Shown here: positions 1-9,864 of the stretch, piece by piece
Layout of the letters: each line of letters begins with the position of its first letter
Numbering within the stretch: the stretch's first letter is position 1
DNA from: Alphaproteobacteria bacterium
GTDB lineage: Bacteria > Pseudomonadota > Alphaproteobacteria > MPNO01 > UBA830
Assembly (NCBI GenBank): GCA_964291215.2
Contig: OZ219790.1
Coordinates: 2,400,001 to 2,464,000, forward strand
Direction of reading: 5' to 3'
Length of the DNA: 64,000 bases
Made by a program: the position numbers and the translations under genes
The notes under the pieces: generated by a model
Databases searched by the model: none
What the model saw: only the letters and a program-made list of their open reading frames with translations
What the model was told of the DNA's origin: nothing

Positions 1-732
1 ATGCGGCCAGTTGCGAAATCGGAGGTCGATCCCGAGACCGGGCAGGAGCGTGAACGGCAGTTCGTGATCGCGCGGCGCTACGCCGTGTTCAATTCGGAGC
101 AGGTCGACAGCTTGCCGGACCGATATCGGCGCTTGGCCGGGATCCACGATCTTCAGCTCGACGAGCGAATCGAGAGGGTGGGACGATTCGTGGCAGCGAC
201 GGACTCGGACATCCGGCACGGCGGGAACAGTGCGTACTATGCCCCGGCGACGGATCACATTCAGATGCCCGACAGGGAGCGGTTCGGAGACACGGAAGGC
301 TATTACGCAGTGCTGTGTCACGAGCTGGTGCACTGGACCAGGGACGCGACCCGCCTCGATCGGCGCTTCGGCGATCATCACAGCTTCGGCTCGGAGGTCT
401 ACGCGAAGGAAGAGCTTGTTGCCGAAATCGGATCGGCGTTCCTGGCGGCCGATCTCGGACTCACACTTACGGTGCGCGAGGATCACGCCGCCTACGTCCA
501 GAACTGGCTGGAGGTCCTCGAAAACGACACCCGGGCGATCTTCCGGGCCGCGGCCCACGCCCAGCGGGCAGCGGCCTACCTGCACGGCTGCTCCCGGCAC
601 TGCAGCCAGATAGAAGGCACGCCAGTAGCGGTTGCGGCTCCGCGGCGTGATGAGGGTGGCCCGGCCGCAAGGCCGGTGTACGATATCGAGTGCGGCGGCG
701 ATGTGGTCGACGGCGACCGGATTTCCTGGTGA
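1..732 (+). CDS. ardC: ArdC-family antirestriction protein (zincin-like metallopeptidase domain), probably 5'-truncated by the window edge
   Basis: YYAPATDHIQMP..F...YYAVLCHELVHWT..RLDR.FG...FG...YAKEELVAEIGSAFL is the ArdC C-terminal signature. Confidence 0.88.
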   Translation: MRPVAKSEVDPETGQERERQFVIARRYAVFNSEQVDSLPDRYRRLAGIHDLQLDERIERVGRFVAATDSDIRHGGNSAYYAPATDHIQMPDRERFGDTEGYYAVLCHELVHWTRDATRLDRRFGDHHSFGSEVYAKEELVAEIGSAFLAADLGLTLTVREDHAAYVQNWLEVLENDTRAIFRAAAHAQRAAAYLHGCSRHCSQIEGTPVAVAAPRRDEGGPAARPVYDIECGGDVVDGDRISW

Positions 733-783
733 GAGCCGCTGTGGCAGGGAGACCCCGGCGGCAAACAGCTCAGAGGTCACTGT

Positions 784-996
784 GTGATCCAGGGTATCGT
801 CGATGCGGTGACGGACCGCAATCATGTCCAGGTGCGGGTAACGGCCGCAGTCGGGGACGACGCGCCGAAACCCGGGGACACCATAGAGAGGAGCCGCGAT
901 CTGTTCGTCGGCTACGGCTGCAAACGGGCCGATGAGCAGGAGCGAGCGGCGCGCCAGCAGGTGGACGCGATGTCGAAGGACCAGGACCGCAGCTAA
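784..996 (+). CDS. small hypothetical protein
   Basis: 70 aa ORF, GAGG before GTG, co-oriented with ardC. Confidence 0.45.
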   Translation: MIQGIVDAVTDRNHVQVRVTAAVGDDAPKPGDTIERSRDLFVGYGCKRADEQERAARQQVDAMSKDQDRS

Positions 997-1023
997 GCCG
1001 TCGGGCTGGGAGCCTGACAGGAC

Positions 1024-1275
1024 GTGGGCGAGGCCGGGAAAGTCCCCGGTTGTGTCCTGCTGGTGCGGATAGATCCGGCGCGCCGCATGCGGCGCTACTA
1101 TCGGATCGAAATCAGTCGCAGCCTGGTCGGCGGTTGGCTGATGGTCCGGGAATGGGGCCGCCTGGTATACCGAGGCCGGTCGCGGAGGCGACATTTCGAG
1201 ACCCGGGCCGAGGCCGAGGAGGCTATGGCGCGGCTGGAGCGAGAAAAGCGGCGGCGAGGGTACCGCACAGCATAG
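1024..1275 (+). CDS. WGR-domain protein
   Basis: RIDPARRMRRYYRIEI...GGW...REWGR..........F....EA......L...K.RRGY. Confidence 0.85.
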   Translation: MGEAGKVPGCVLLVRIDPARRMRRYYRIEISRSLVGGWLMVREWGRLVYRGRSRRRHFETRAEAEEAMARLEREKRRRGYRTA

Positions 1276-1285
1276 GAGGCGAACG

Positions 1286-1552
1286 ATGACGATCTTTCAG
1301 AGACCGGAAGGTTTCCCCGAGCCCGAACCGATCGGGCCGGGCACGAAGCTCGAATACATTGATCCGGAAGACGTAGAGAACGAGGACTACAGCGAGGTGC
1401 TCTCGGTCGAGGGCGGGATCGCGGAAGTCGCGTGGCACAAGAGCGGGCGTCGCGAGGAGATGGAGATCGGGGAACTGACGGATTTTGTCGTCAAGGACTG
1501 GGATCGGGAGCACTGGAAGCTGGATTGTAAGGGTCGCGGGAACGGGCAATGA
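1286..1552 (+). CDS. small acidic hypothetical protein
   Basis: 88 aa ORF with AGGAGG RBS. Confidence 0.65.
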   Translation: MTIFQRPEGFPEPEPIGPGTKLEYIDPEDVENEDYSEVLSVEGGIAEVAWHKSGRREEMEIGELTDFVVKDWDREHWKLDCKGRGNGQ

Positions 1553-2049
1553 TCCGCGCCACCGAGCCCGATTGACAGGTCCTCCCCTTTAGCATGGAGT
1601 GCCTCGATTGCAGAGGGATAGGCATTCTCCCGGCGACGCCGACATCCACCGAACGCGTCTGTGGGACTTGCGACGGGGCCGGCGCGCTGCGCTTGCGGAG
1701 GCATCAGCTGTCTTTAGCCGTCCCACCGGAGGCACGCAGAGACGCCACCCTGCCGTCGATGTAGGAGGTGCTTGAAATGACTCAGCGACACCTGCTCAGG
1801 CACTGCCACCGGCTTCTTGGACTGAAGGGGGAATGAGCTGCTGACTAAATTCGTGCAATGTTTGCACTGATTTCCTCCACCGTCGCCGACTCGGCGCTCC
1901 GCGCCTGGCGGCCGGACCGCGGCTACAGGGGACGGCCTCTACCCGGTGGAATTCCCAACACAGGGGCCGGGACCGTCCCGCCCTGCGGGCGAACCAGTCC
2001 CGCCCCTGGATGGAAAACTTGGGGCACCGGGCGCCCCCAAACCCCCAAA

Positions 2050-2215
2050 TGCGCTCGCTTCGCGAGCCCTGCTTGCCGTCTATGCTCGCGCCGCTCGCTT
2101 CGCGGCGCTTATCGGCTCTCGGTCAAGGGCCGCGCCGGCCGTGGCTCCTACGCGCTTCGCGCTCCGTGCGCCCGCACCACCCGGCGCTTTCCGCTTCGCT
2201 CCAAACCTTGACCGC
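2050..2215 (+). promoter_or_regulatory. candidate single-stranded-DNA (Frpo/ssi-like) hairpin promoter
   Basis: CGGTCAAGG (2120-2128) / CCTTGACCG (2206-2214) inverted pair containing TTGACC, several GCTTCGC mini-hairpins, leading-region context. Confidence 0.45.
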
Positions 2216-2273
2216 GCCGCCATGCCTGTGCGTTCACGGCCATCCGCACGCGCTCCTGAACCGAGAGGACGCC

Positions 2274-2486
2274 ATGACGAAGTTCATTTATCGAGGCTCC
2301 GAGCTGCTTGCCGCAGTCCTGCGAAATCGTCAGCAGAAAGACCGCCGGACAGTCGGCTACATCACGAAGGCCGATCACACCGGCGCATATATGATCGACT
2401 TGGGCCACAGCCCGACGATCATCAAGCCCACAAAGAAGGCTGCCACCGATCACATCGAGAGCATGGCGGACTTCGCCGGCGCATAG
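2274..2486 (+). CDS. small hypothetical protein (70 aa, MTKFIYRGSE...)
   Basis: GAGAGG RBS before ATG 2274; lies between the two direct repeats. Confidence 0.65.
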   Translation: MTKFIYRGSELLAAVLRNRQQKDRRTVGYITKADHTGAYMIDLGHSPTIIKPTKKAATDHIESMADFAGA

Positions 2487-2680
2487 CGGCGAGCGGGGCC
2501 ACGACCCCGCGATCCGGCCGGGGGCACTGGTCCTTGGACTGAAGAGCGAAATGGACCGCTGACTAAATTCGTGCAATGTTTCCACCGATTTCATCCGGCG
2601 TAGGCCCAAAAGGCTAGGTGTCAGTCGCGGGTGCCGCGAGGCGCTGCGGCGATCAGCCGATAAGGAAGAGGGAGGCGCAA

Positions 2681-2956
2681 ATGGTGGATTTTGCCGTCGA
2701 TGTTCTCTGGGATGAAGAGGCCAAGGTGTTTGTCGGCACCAGCGGAGATATTCCCGGGTTGACGCTCGAAGCGGACCGGCTCGGCGAACTGCTGGACGTC
2801 GCGTTCGACACGGTGCCATCGCTGATCGAGCAGAACCTGTCTCTCCCCGAGGGGGCGGAAGTGCTGGTTACCTTCCGGGTCCGCCAACCGATACGTGAAT
2901 CCGCACCGATCGGGCCGCGATACCTGGTCGAGGACGATCCGCTCATCCCGGCGTAG
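2681..2956 (+). CDS. DUF1902 / HicB-like antitoxin
   Basis: WDEEAKVFVGTSGDIPGLTLEAD; GGAGG RBS; directly upstream of hicA. Confidence 0.8.
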   Translation: MVDFAVDVLWDEEAKVFVGTSGDIPGLTLEADRLGELLDVAFDTVPSLIEQNLSLPEGAEVLVTFRVRQPIRESAPIGPRYLVEDDPLIPA

Positions 2957-2967
2957 GTCGGGATCCG

Positions 2968-3354
2968 GTGGCCACCTACGAGAAAGACGTGAAGCGCCGT
3001 CTGCGGAAGGAGGGGAAGCGCTTCCAGCGCCAGGCTGGAAGCCACGAGCAGTGGAAGAACGCGGACGGATCCGGTCACACCATTACTGTCCCGAGCAAGA
3101 TCAAGAGCCGCCACACCGCCAACAGCGTCATGCGCCAGGCAGGCCTCGCCCACCACGGCGATCCCACGCTAGGTTTGTTGGAAGGGTCGGTTTTGCTTGT
3201 TCAGGATGATTCGCATTTTCGCTGGCTTTTTGTGAAGCGGTGCCTGAACCCAAGTTGGCACTTTTTGCGTCAGTCGAAGGCGAAATTTATGCGGCCGCCC
3301 CGTTCGACATACTATATATTGTTGGCCTTTTTCTTGAACCCACTATATTTCTGA
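2968..3354 (+). CDS. hicA: HicA-family toxin; native stop replaced by IS sequence after 3153
   Basis: F.RQAGSHEQW.......ITVP..IKSRHTANSVMRQAGL; the tail reads through IS ends. Confidence 0.8.
   Translation: MATYEKDVKRRLRKEGKRFQRQAGSHEQWKNADGSGHTITVPSKIKSRHTANSVMRQAGLAHHGDPTLGLLEGSVLLVQDDSHFRWLFVKRCLNPSWHFLRQSKAKFMRPPRSTYYILLAFFLNPLYF
3154..3240 (+). mobile_element. isolated left end of the ISAs1-like element at 30830-32123
   Basis: reverse complement of 32037-32123 (CACGGCGATCCCACGCTAGG...). Confidence 0.8.
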
Positions 3355-5011
3355 TTGCGTGTCCGGGGTGGGCGCTGTAGTCCAGGATATTGCAGATTCG
3401 CTCGACCCCGCCGCCAAACCCGGTATATCCAGAGCCTCGTCAACACAAAAGGCTCCAGACAACATGTTCATCAGGGCAACCAAAACCCACAGCACCGCAG
3501 ACGGCAAACCCGTCCACCGGCTCGTGCTTTCTCAACGCATCAGCGACAAGGTCAGGCAGCGCACGCTGCCTCGGTACCGACTGTCCGGTGGCGCGCAAGA
3601 ACTGGAAGGAGGTTGCCGCCGAATCGCTGCTCCACGGCCGCCCGCCGCTGTTCGAAGCCGCGTGCAGGCTGCAGGACATCGTCAACAGGGGCCCCGGAGG
3701 TTCCGCGCCGACGCTCCAGAGGAAGACGCACGCAAATTGCGACCGTCAACCTCGACAGCCTCGAGAACCCGCGCCCGGTCGGCTGCCTGCGCCTCGAGGC
3801 GCGATCCCGGCTTCACGACCTCGGCATCACGAGTGCGCTGATCGTCGCCAGGATGATCCGCCAGCGAGCGCTGGCTGCGCGATGACAGCGCGGAGCTTCC
3901 GGAGGGCAAGGCGCGCAAGACGCCGTACCGCATAGGCGACCTGCGCCACCGGGCCGCCAGGAGCTGTTCAACCGTGAGCGCGCGCTGCATCCCCGACACC
4001 ATCGCATTTTACGACCTCACCAATGTTCACGGCCGCGCCGACGGCAAGCTTCCCCGCTTCGGGCGCTCGAAGCAGAAGCGCAATGATTGCCCCACGCTTG
4101 CACTCGACGGCGCGGGCTTTCGGCGCAGTTGCGAGGTCTTGCGGGGCAACGTGGCCGGGCACGGATGCGCTGCTGAGGCTAGAGGCGGGCGGCGAAGCCG
4201 ACGGTAGTCATGGACGCCGGCACCGAGGCGAACATCGCGTGGCGAGCACGGCTGGATCGCGGGCGGCGGCGCCCGAGGGTGGGCCCGAGGCTGATCACCA
4301 ACCACGAGGTGCAGGCGCCTTGCCAGCGAGGATGGCGCGGCGTGGTCAGCGAGAGCAGGAAGAGGGCCGAGGACGCCATTCCTGGCCGCAGGGCTTCGAG
4401 GCGGCAAAGCTCCACCTCCAAGGGCCGGCGCCACGACAAGGTGCCGGAGAGCGGTCTCGAGCAGCGCTTCTCCACCGTCGCCCGGCACTACGAGATCACC
4501 GTCGAGAAGGCCGGCGCCAACGCAACGGCCGTGCGCTTCAGCCACAGACGACAAGGCAGATGACAACGCGGGCGCCTGCGCACCAGCGACCGGGAGACCA
4601 TCCTCGGGACGTGGATCACGGATACCGAGGCCACCTTCCGTTCATTGAAATCCGAGCCCGGATTGCGCCCGATCCGGCTCGACCAGCGCATCGCCGCCCA
4701 CCTGTTGATCGCCGTGCTCGCCGCGGTGCATCTGATCCCCGCGCGGGGCATCGACAAGTGCTGGACATCAATCCGCGCGGAACCAGGGTCACCACGCGCC
4801 TGCGCCAGGCGCGTTGATCGTCAACCGACAGGACACGCACCGCCGAGGTCGCCGAAATCTCCTCGGCGGCTGGTGTCGAACCCACCGCACGAGGAGCCGC
4901 CTCACAAGCTGACAGAATTCAACGGAATGTAGTGCCATGTTGAAATCGGCCGACAAAAAAATCGCGCAACGTGATAAAAATTCCAGGCCGCAAAAAGTGC
5001 CAACTTGGGTT
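3247..5011 (+). mobile_element. IS1634-family element, transposase pseudogene
   Basis: 23 bp terminal IRs AACCCAAGTTGGCACTTTTTGCG; fragments MFIRATKT..HRLV.S.R...KVRQRTL, FYDLTN....FGRSKQKRNDCP, LKSE.GLRPI...AHL.IAVLA. Confidence 0.85.
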
Positions 5012-5302
5012 ATGGCAGCGTACCACCTTACCGGGCAGGATTCGCAGGTGAAGAATGCGTGGCTTGCAGTGCTGGCTCAGCCAGTTTGGCACTGGCCGTT
5101 TGTCCTCGTGACCGTCTTCGCCATACCTCTGTATATCGCCCACATCGTTTACGTCGGCGCCTTGAACCGTGATGATAGGCTTGGGAGCGCTGTCGATAAG
5201 ATGAGCGGCACAGCGGCGCGAATGACCTTGTTCGTGGCCATCCTGATCACGGTGGCCACCGGGCTTCTGCCGCTGGCCGATTTCCCCAGACTCCGGCCAT
5301 AG
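5012..5302 (+). pseudogene. 3' part of a membrane protein gene truncated by IS1634
   Basis: two hydrophobic segments; the ORF start lies inside the IS end. Confidence 0.4.
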
Positions 5303-5348
5303 CTGCTGGGCTGGGCTGGCCAACTGGCATGAAAAAACGGAGGCTCGG

Positions 5349-6027
5349 ATGTTGAATCCCACCAAGCGGAGCGGCGTTTCCCACTCGTTTTTTTCCGGTG
5401 GCCGTCATGGCCGGCGGATTGGCGGTCACAGGTCCCGCCGCAGGACAGAACGCGCCCGACGAAACCGCTCGCGAGGCTAAGCGGATCGAGTGTGTGGTAA
5501 AGGCGGGACGCCCCTTGGATTTCAAGCCGCTTACCCTCGGCTTCACGTTGTCCCTGTTGGGAAAGTCCGCGCTTAATCTCCAAAAGCGGGCATATGATAC
5601 GATAGTATACAACTACCCCTTACAACATTTCTTGAATCACAAAGAGGGGGTGAACTTGGATGACAAAGAGGGAATGAAGAAGTGGCTCAGTCGAATGAAT
5701 GCCTCGGGAGCTGGTAGCAGCAAGATCGCCTTGGTAACGCGGACCGCCGGAGATCAATACAAGGGCGTACCGCTAATGTGGGCAAGTATTTCGGAAAATT
5801 GCTCCATCGACATAGAGGGGCATCGGAACAAGCTGGATATCAGCGATGTCTGGTTAGCTAAGGGCTATGCGAGCGGCATGGTTCCCGCGACGACAACTCT
5901 CAAGACTTTCAAGCCCCTTGAAAAGTGCGGGAGGAACGCCAGCGAGGCTATTCTCTCTGTTGGGACTGGAAAGAGTAAAAAAAGGCGTAACTGCTCACCC
6001 CCTGGTTCCGGCTTGATGTCGGGGTAG
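5349..6027 (+). CDS. exported hypothetical protein, frameshifted at T7 (5388-5394), 3' end replaced by IS66 end
   Basis: GGAGG+ATG 5349 joins ORF 5398-6027 if one T is removed; signal-peptide-like N-terminus; lower GC; weak thermonuclease-like D.Y..../D....L.KGYA. Confidence 0.5.
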
Positions 6028-6084
6028 AGCAACGAACGGGTTTTCGTGGAGATTTTACACTGCAGGCCGATTCGTTTAGTGGTG
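5987..6084 (+). mobile_element. ~100 bp left-end remnant of IS66 (opposite orientation to adjacent copy)
   Basis: GTAACTGCTCACCCC... is the reverse complement of 7492-7592. Confidence 0.8.
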
Positions 6085-7592
6085 GTATCTACTCACCCCT
6101 AGTTGGGTTCTGATTGGCCGTAGTGCTCGTTGATGATGTCTGCGGCTTTTCCGTCGAGGGCGATCTGGGTGGCGACGAGTGGGTTGTAGCCGAGTGCGGC
6201 CATGGAGGTGAGGTAGCTTGAGCCTCGGCACCATGCTTTTGCGTGGAGCGGAAGCATCCGGACACCTTGACCTTTGCCATCCTGATCTTCTGTTCTCCGG
6301 CATTGTTGGTGAAGCTGACGTTGGGGTCGTCTGTGAAGCGCAGGTTTTCGTGTTTCACGAGACGTTCGTGCAGGTTGTGCGCGTCGGACTTGCGTCCACG
6401 TTTTCCTTTCGGCGGCGGCGAGATGTCGGGCAGTTCCTTGGCGCCCTGAGTGAGGATGGTGCGGTAGCGCTTGTGCACGGCCCGGCGGTCAGCCTCGTTC
6501 AAGGTTTTGGATGCGCTCTTGTTGATCTTGTGGCAGACCTCGCGGAGCAGGCTCTTCATCAGTCGCGCGGTAGCCTCGACGACAAAGGTCAGTTCGCGCA
6601 GCAGGTGGCTGCCGCACAGCTGGTGGCTACACTGGCCCATGTACGAGGCCCAGGACGCCCTTGTAGCACGGGCCGATCTCTTGCCCGCGCTTGCGGTGCG
6701 GGAACTTGCACGTCAGGGTCCCACGACATGGAGCCACTTGCTATTGATCCGAAATCGTCGACATCGGGCGTTGCAGGAGGTGCGCCACGGCAGCCTCCTC
6801 CCATGACGCATCGTGAAAGCATAGCCGAGGCCTCGGAGAGCTTGATGCCGGAGATCGCCTGCACGAGCGGCACGGCGCAGGGACAGCATCTGGGCGACCA
6901 GCAGGTTGATGACGAGGGCCTGGATGCCGTACTGCACGGGATGTTGTCGGGGAACCGGCCCTTGCACTTCGGGCATTCCTTGATCTCGGCGCGGCGCTCG
7001 ACGACCTCGAACACGATGTCGTAGAGGATGCAGCGCTCCCAATCGACGGGGCCGTCGGCGCCGCAGGCGTCGCAGGCCGCGACCGTCTCTTCGACGATGG
7101 TCTTGCACAGGTTGTCGCCCATCTGCCGGTTCGGCTTCGGGCCCTTGCTCCCGGCACGCTCTTGTCCGTCTGTGACGGCGGCAGACCGGAGTTCCGGCTC
7201 GTGCGTGGTCTTCTCCAGAAGGACGACGATGATGATGTCGAGCAGGATGACGAAGACGCGGATCACGGCCTCTTCCGCCACCTTGCCGGCAGCGCCGCGG
7301 TCTTGGCCGCTTCGAACTCCTCGCGCGCCGCCCGTCGCCATCACCCGGCCTTGCGCTTCATCAGCGCGCCGCTTCCGAGATGCGTTTCCACATACAGATC
7401 ATGCGGAGGCTGGAGCCCCGGAAGCAGCTGGCACAACCCGCCGTCGACTTCGATCCAAAGTAGCCCACTGGCGGTCCCCGTCGTTCTCGATTACCACCAC
7501 TAAACGAATCGGCCTGCAGTGTCAAATCTCCACGAAAACCCGTTCGTTGCTCTACCCCGACATCAAGCCGGAACCAGGGGGTGAGCAGTTAC
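6085..7592 (-). mobile_element. IS66-family element, degraded transposase plus Dam-like passenger fragment
   Basis: ends GTAACTGCTCACCC / GTATCTACTCACCC; HQLCGSHLLREL, FTNNAGEQKIRMAKVKVSGCFRS, CxxC zinc-finger remnants. Confidence 0.88.
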
Positions 7593-7655
7593 GAGTTAGC
7601 ATCCTCATGACCCCTGAGTTGCGGAAGTCGGGTTAGCGGCGGAAGGGAGCGGACC

Positions 7656-7871
7656 ATGTTAACGAGGTTCACACCTGAGAATTTCAAGAGTTTCCGCGAA
7701 CCGGCCACCCCGCCGCTCGCGCCGCTCACCATGCTCGCGGACGCCAATGCTTCGGGCAAGAACAACCTGGTGGAGGCGCTACGATTGTTGTCGTGGATCG
7801 CCCAAGGGCACAGACTCACCGCGATCCGCCACGCTCTGCAGGATGCCAATTATCCCATTCGCGGAATGTGA
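7656..7871 (+). pseudogene. AAA/ABC-type ATPase N-terminal fragment
   Basis: ENFKSF.......LT.L..ANASGK.NL.EAL Walker A region, then stops. Confidence 0.7.
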
Positions 7872-8611
7872 CCGTCGTTTCGGGCGTCCGGCGTCCATGA
7901 GCGGCGGAGAAGTAAGGGCGGCGCCAGCGCGCGGTGATGGCGCACCCGGCGGGAAATGGGCGCGCGCAGGCGGCCGGCATGACGGTCCCGCTTCCGGTTC
8001 ACGGCCGCGCGGCGGCGGCCCCGGGCTTGGGGCCGCGCCTGCCGGTCGTCGATGGGCGCCGCGGGCCCGGTTTGCGGGGGCCCGTCGGCGGCTGACTGTG
8101 GCATGGATGCAACAGGTCGGTGAAATCGGCGTGGGGGTTGGTCCGGGAGCTTGTGCGGTGTCGTGCGGCCGGGTTAGAGGTTCCGCGCCATCGCAGCGGC
8201 GGGTGTATCCAGACTTGACTTCAGCGGCTCGAACACGGTGTAGAATACGCCTCGCGCCTCTTCATGTCTTTCATTTGCCGTCTTCCGGCGCCGGTCTGCC
8301 GGTTCGCTTTCGGGAGAGCGGCTCCCGCCTGACTTCTGTCTTTCTTGCCCGTGCGTCCTCTGCGGAGGATCGCCGGGCGCGTGCAGATGGATACGTTGCC
8401 GGGGAGCGCGCGGGAGTGCGCCCGCCGCGCTGGCGGCAGGACCGCCTTGCGGGCGGACCGGCTTTCCCCGGCACGCTTTCTGCCGCGGCCTTTCCGGGGC
8501 CGCGGCTTCACCTCTCATCCTCAGTGACCTGCCGCCCCGTCGTGCGCCTTCTCCGGCGTGCGGCGGTCGACGGGCGCTGCGGGTGGGCTTTCACCTGAAG
8601 GAGACGAGACG

Positions 8612-9795
8612 ATGACGACAGCAAGACATGGCCCGGCATGGCCGGGGGACGGCAGGCTGCATGGCGGATGCCGTGCGCGGGGCTTCACGGGCAAGGTTCT
8701 TCTTGCGGCCTCGGGTATTGCGCTTGCGGCGGGTCCTGCGTCTGTGGCGGACATGCTGAGCGTGGCGTCGGCGGCTACATGCAGCAGTGGTTCGGAATGG
8801 TCGATGTGGACGACTCGGCGGACCCGATGGAAGAGGGCGGCGTTGCCCAGCAGTCGGACAGCGAGATCTGGTTCAAGGGCAAGCTGGAAGCCGACAACGG
8901 CATGACCTTCTCGATGAAGGTGGAGCTCGAGGGCAACAGTCAGTCGGGTTCGATGATCGACGAGTCGCAGCTGACGGTTGGCGGCGAGTTCGGTCAGATC
9001 ACGCTGGGTGCCGAGGACAGCGCGGTGGTTCTCACCCATATGGGCGTGCGGGATGCCGGTTTCGGCATGCTCTGCGGCGACATGGGCAGATGGATCAACG
9101 GAATCAACGAGTGCGGGCCCTCTGGCCTGGGGACCGCGGGCCACGGCCTCGGCGACAAGAACCTGGTGAGCTACTTCACGCCGCGGGTGAACGGCGCGCA
9201 GATGGCCGTGAGCTACATCCTGAACACCGGGCAGGAAGGCCGTGGCGGCAATGTGAAGAACAATGACGAGGACGCCTGGTCGGTCGCCGGCAACTACAAG
9301 GGCGATTTCGGCAACATGAACCTGGCGTTCTCTGCGGGCCACTACCAGAAGAGCCAGATGGACGCCGACGACTACACCTTCTCGAATGCCGGCCTGCGGG
9401 TGGGCATGGGGGCGTTCAGCTTCGATGTCGCCTATGCCACGGCGGATGACGGCATGAAGACGGACTCCTCGGATGATGTCGAGGTCGTGGCCGCCGGGGT
9501 GATGTATTCCGAGGGCGCGATGGCGGTGAGCCTGAGCGGCACGATGACCGAGGCCGACGACGGCACGGAGCAGTCGGGCGGCCTGTTTTCAGCGAGCTAC
9601 ATGCTGGCGCCGGGCATTGCCTGGAGAAGCTCGCTGTTCATGGCCGAGAGGGGCCGCGGCACGATGCCCGGCAAGTACGATTTCGGCGTGCCCTCGGGCC
9701 AAAGAGGCGAGCCTGCGCCCAGCACCGGCAGCAATGCCGCCGGCAGCAATGTCGAGGGCGCCGGTTTCGTGACCGGCATCACGCTGAGCTTCTGA
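8612..9795 (+). CDS. general outer-membrane porin, frameshifted near 8765
   Basis: signal peptide KVLLAASGIALAAGPASVA in one frame, GVGGYMQQWFG..SEIWFKG..DNGMTF..KVELEG..GEFGQITLG and C-terminal F in another. Confidence 0.82.
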
Positions 9796-9864
9796 GCGGC
9801 GGTTCGCGCGACGAAGGAACGGTTTGCCCGGTTTGTCCGGGCTTGAGAGAAGGAGAAAAGTTCG

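Larger units (their letters stand above)
1816..2596 (+). repeat. pair of ~60 bp imperfect direct repeats (1816-1878, 2533-2596)
   Basis: CTTGGACTGAAG...GCTGACTAAATTCGTGCAATGTTT present at both sites. Confidence 0.85.

Noticed and set aside
5987-7592. IS66 with 100 bp terminal inverted repeats
   Set aside because: The true right end is at 6085 (same as 17027); 5987-6084 is a leftover left end of another copy
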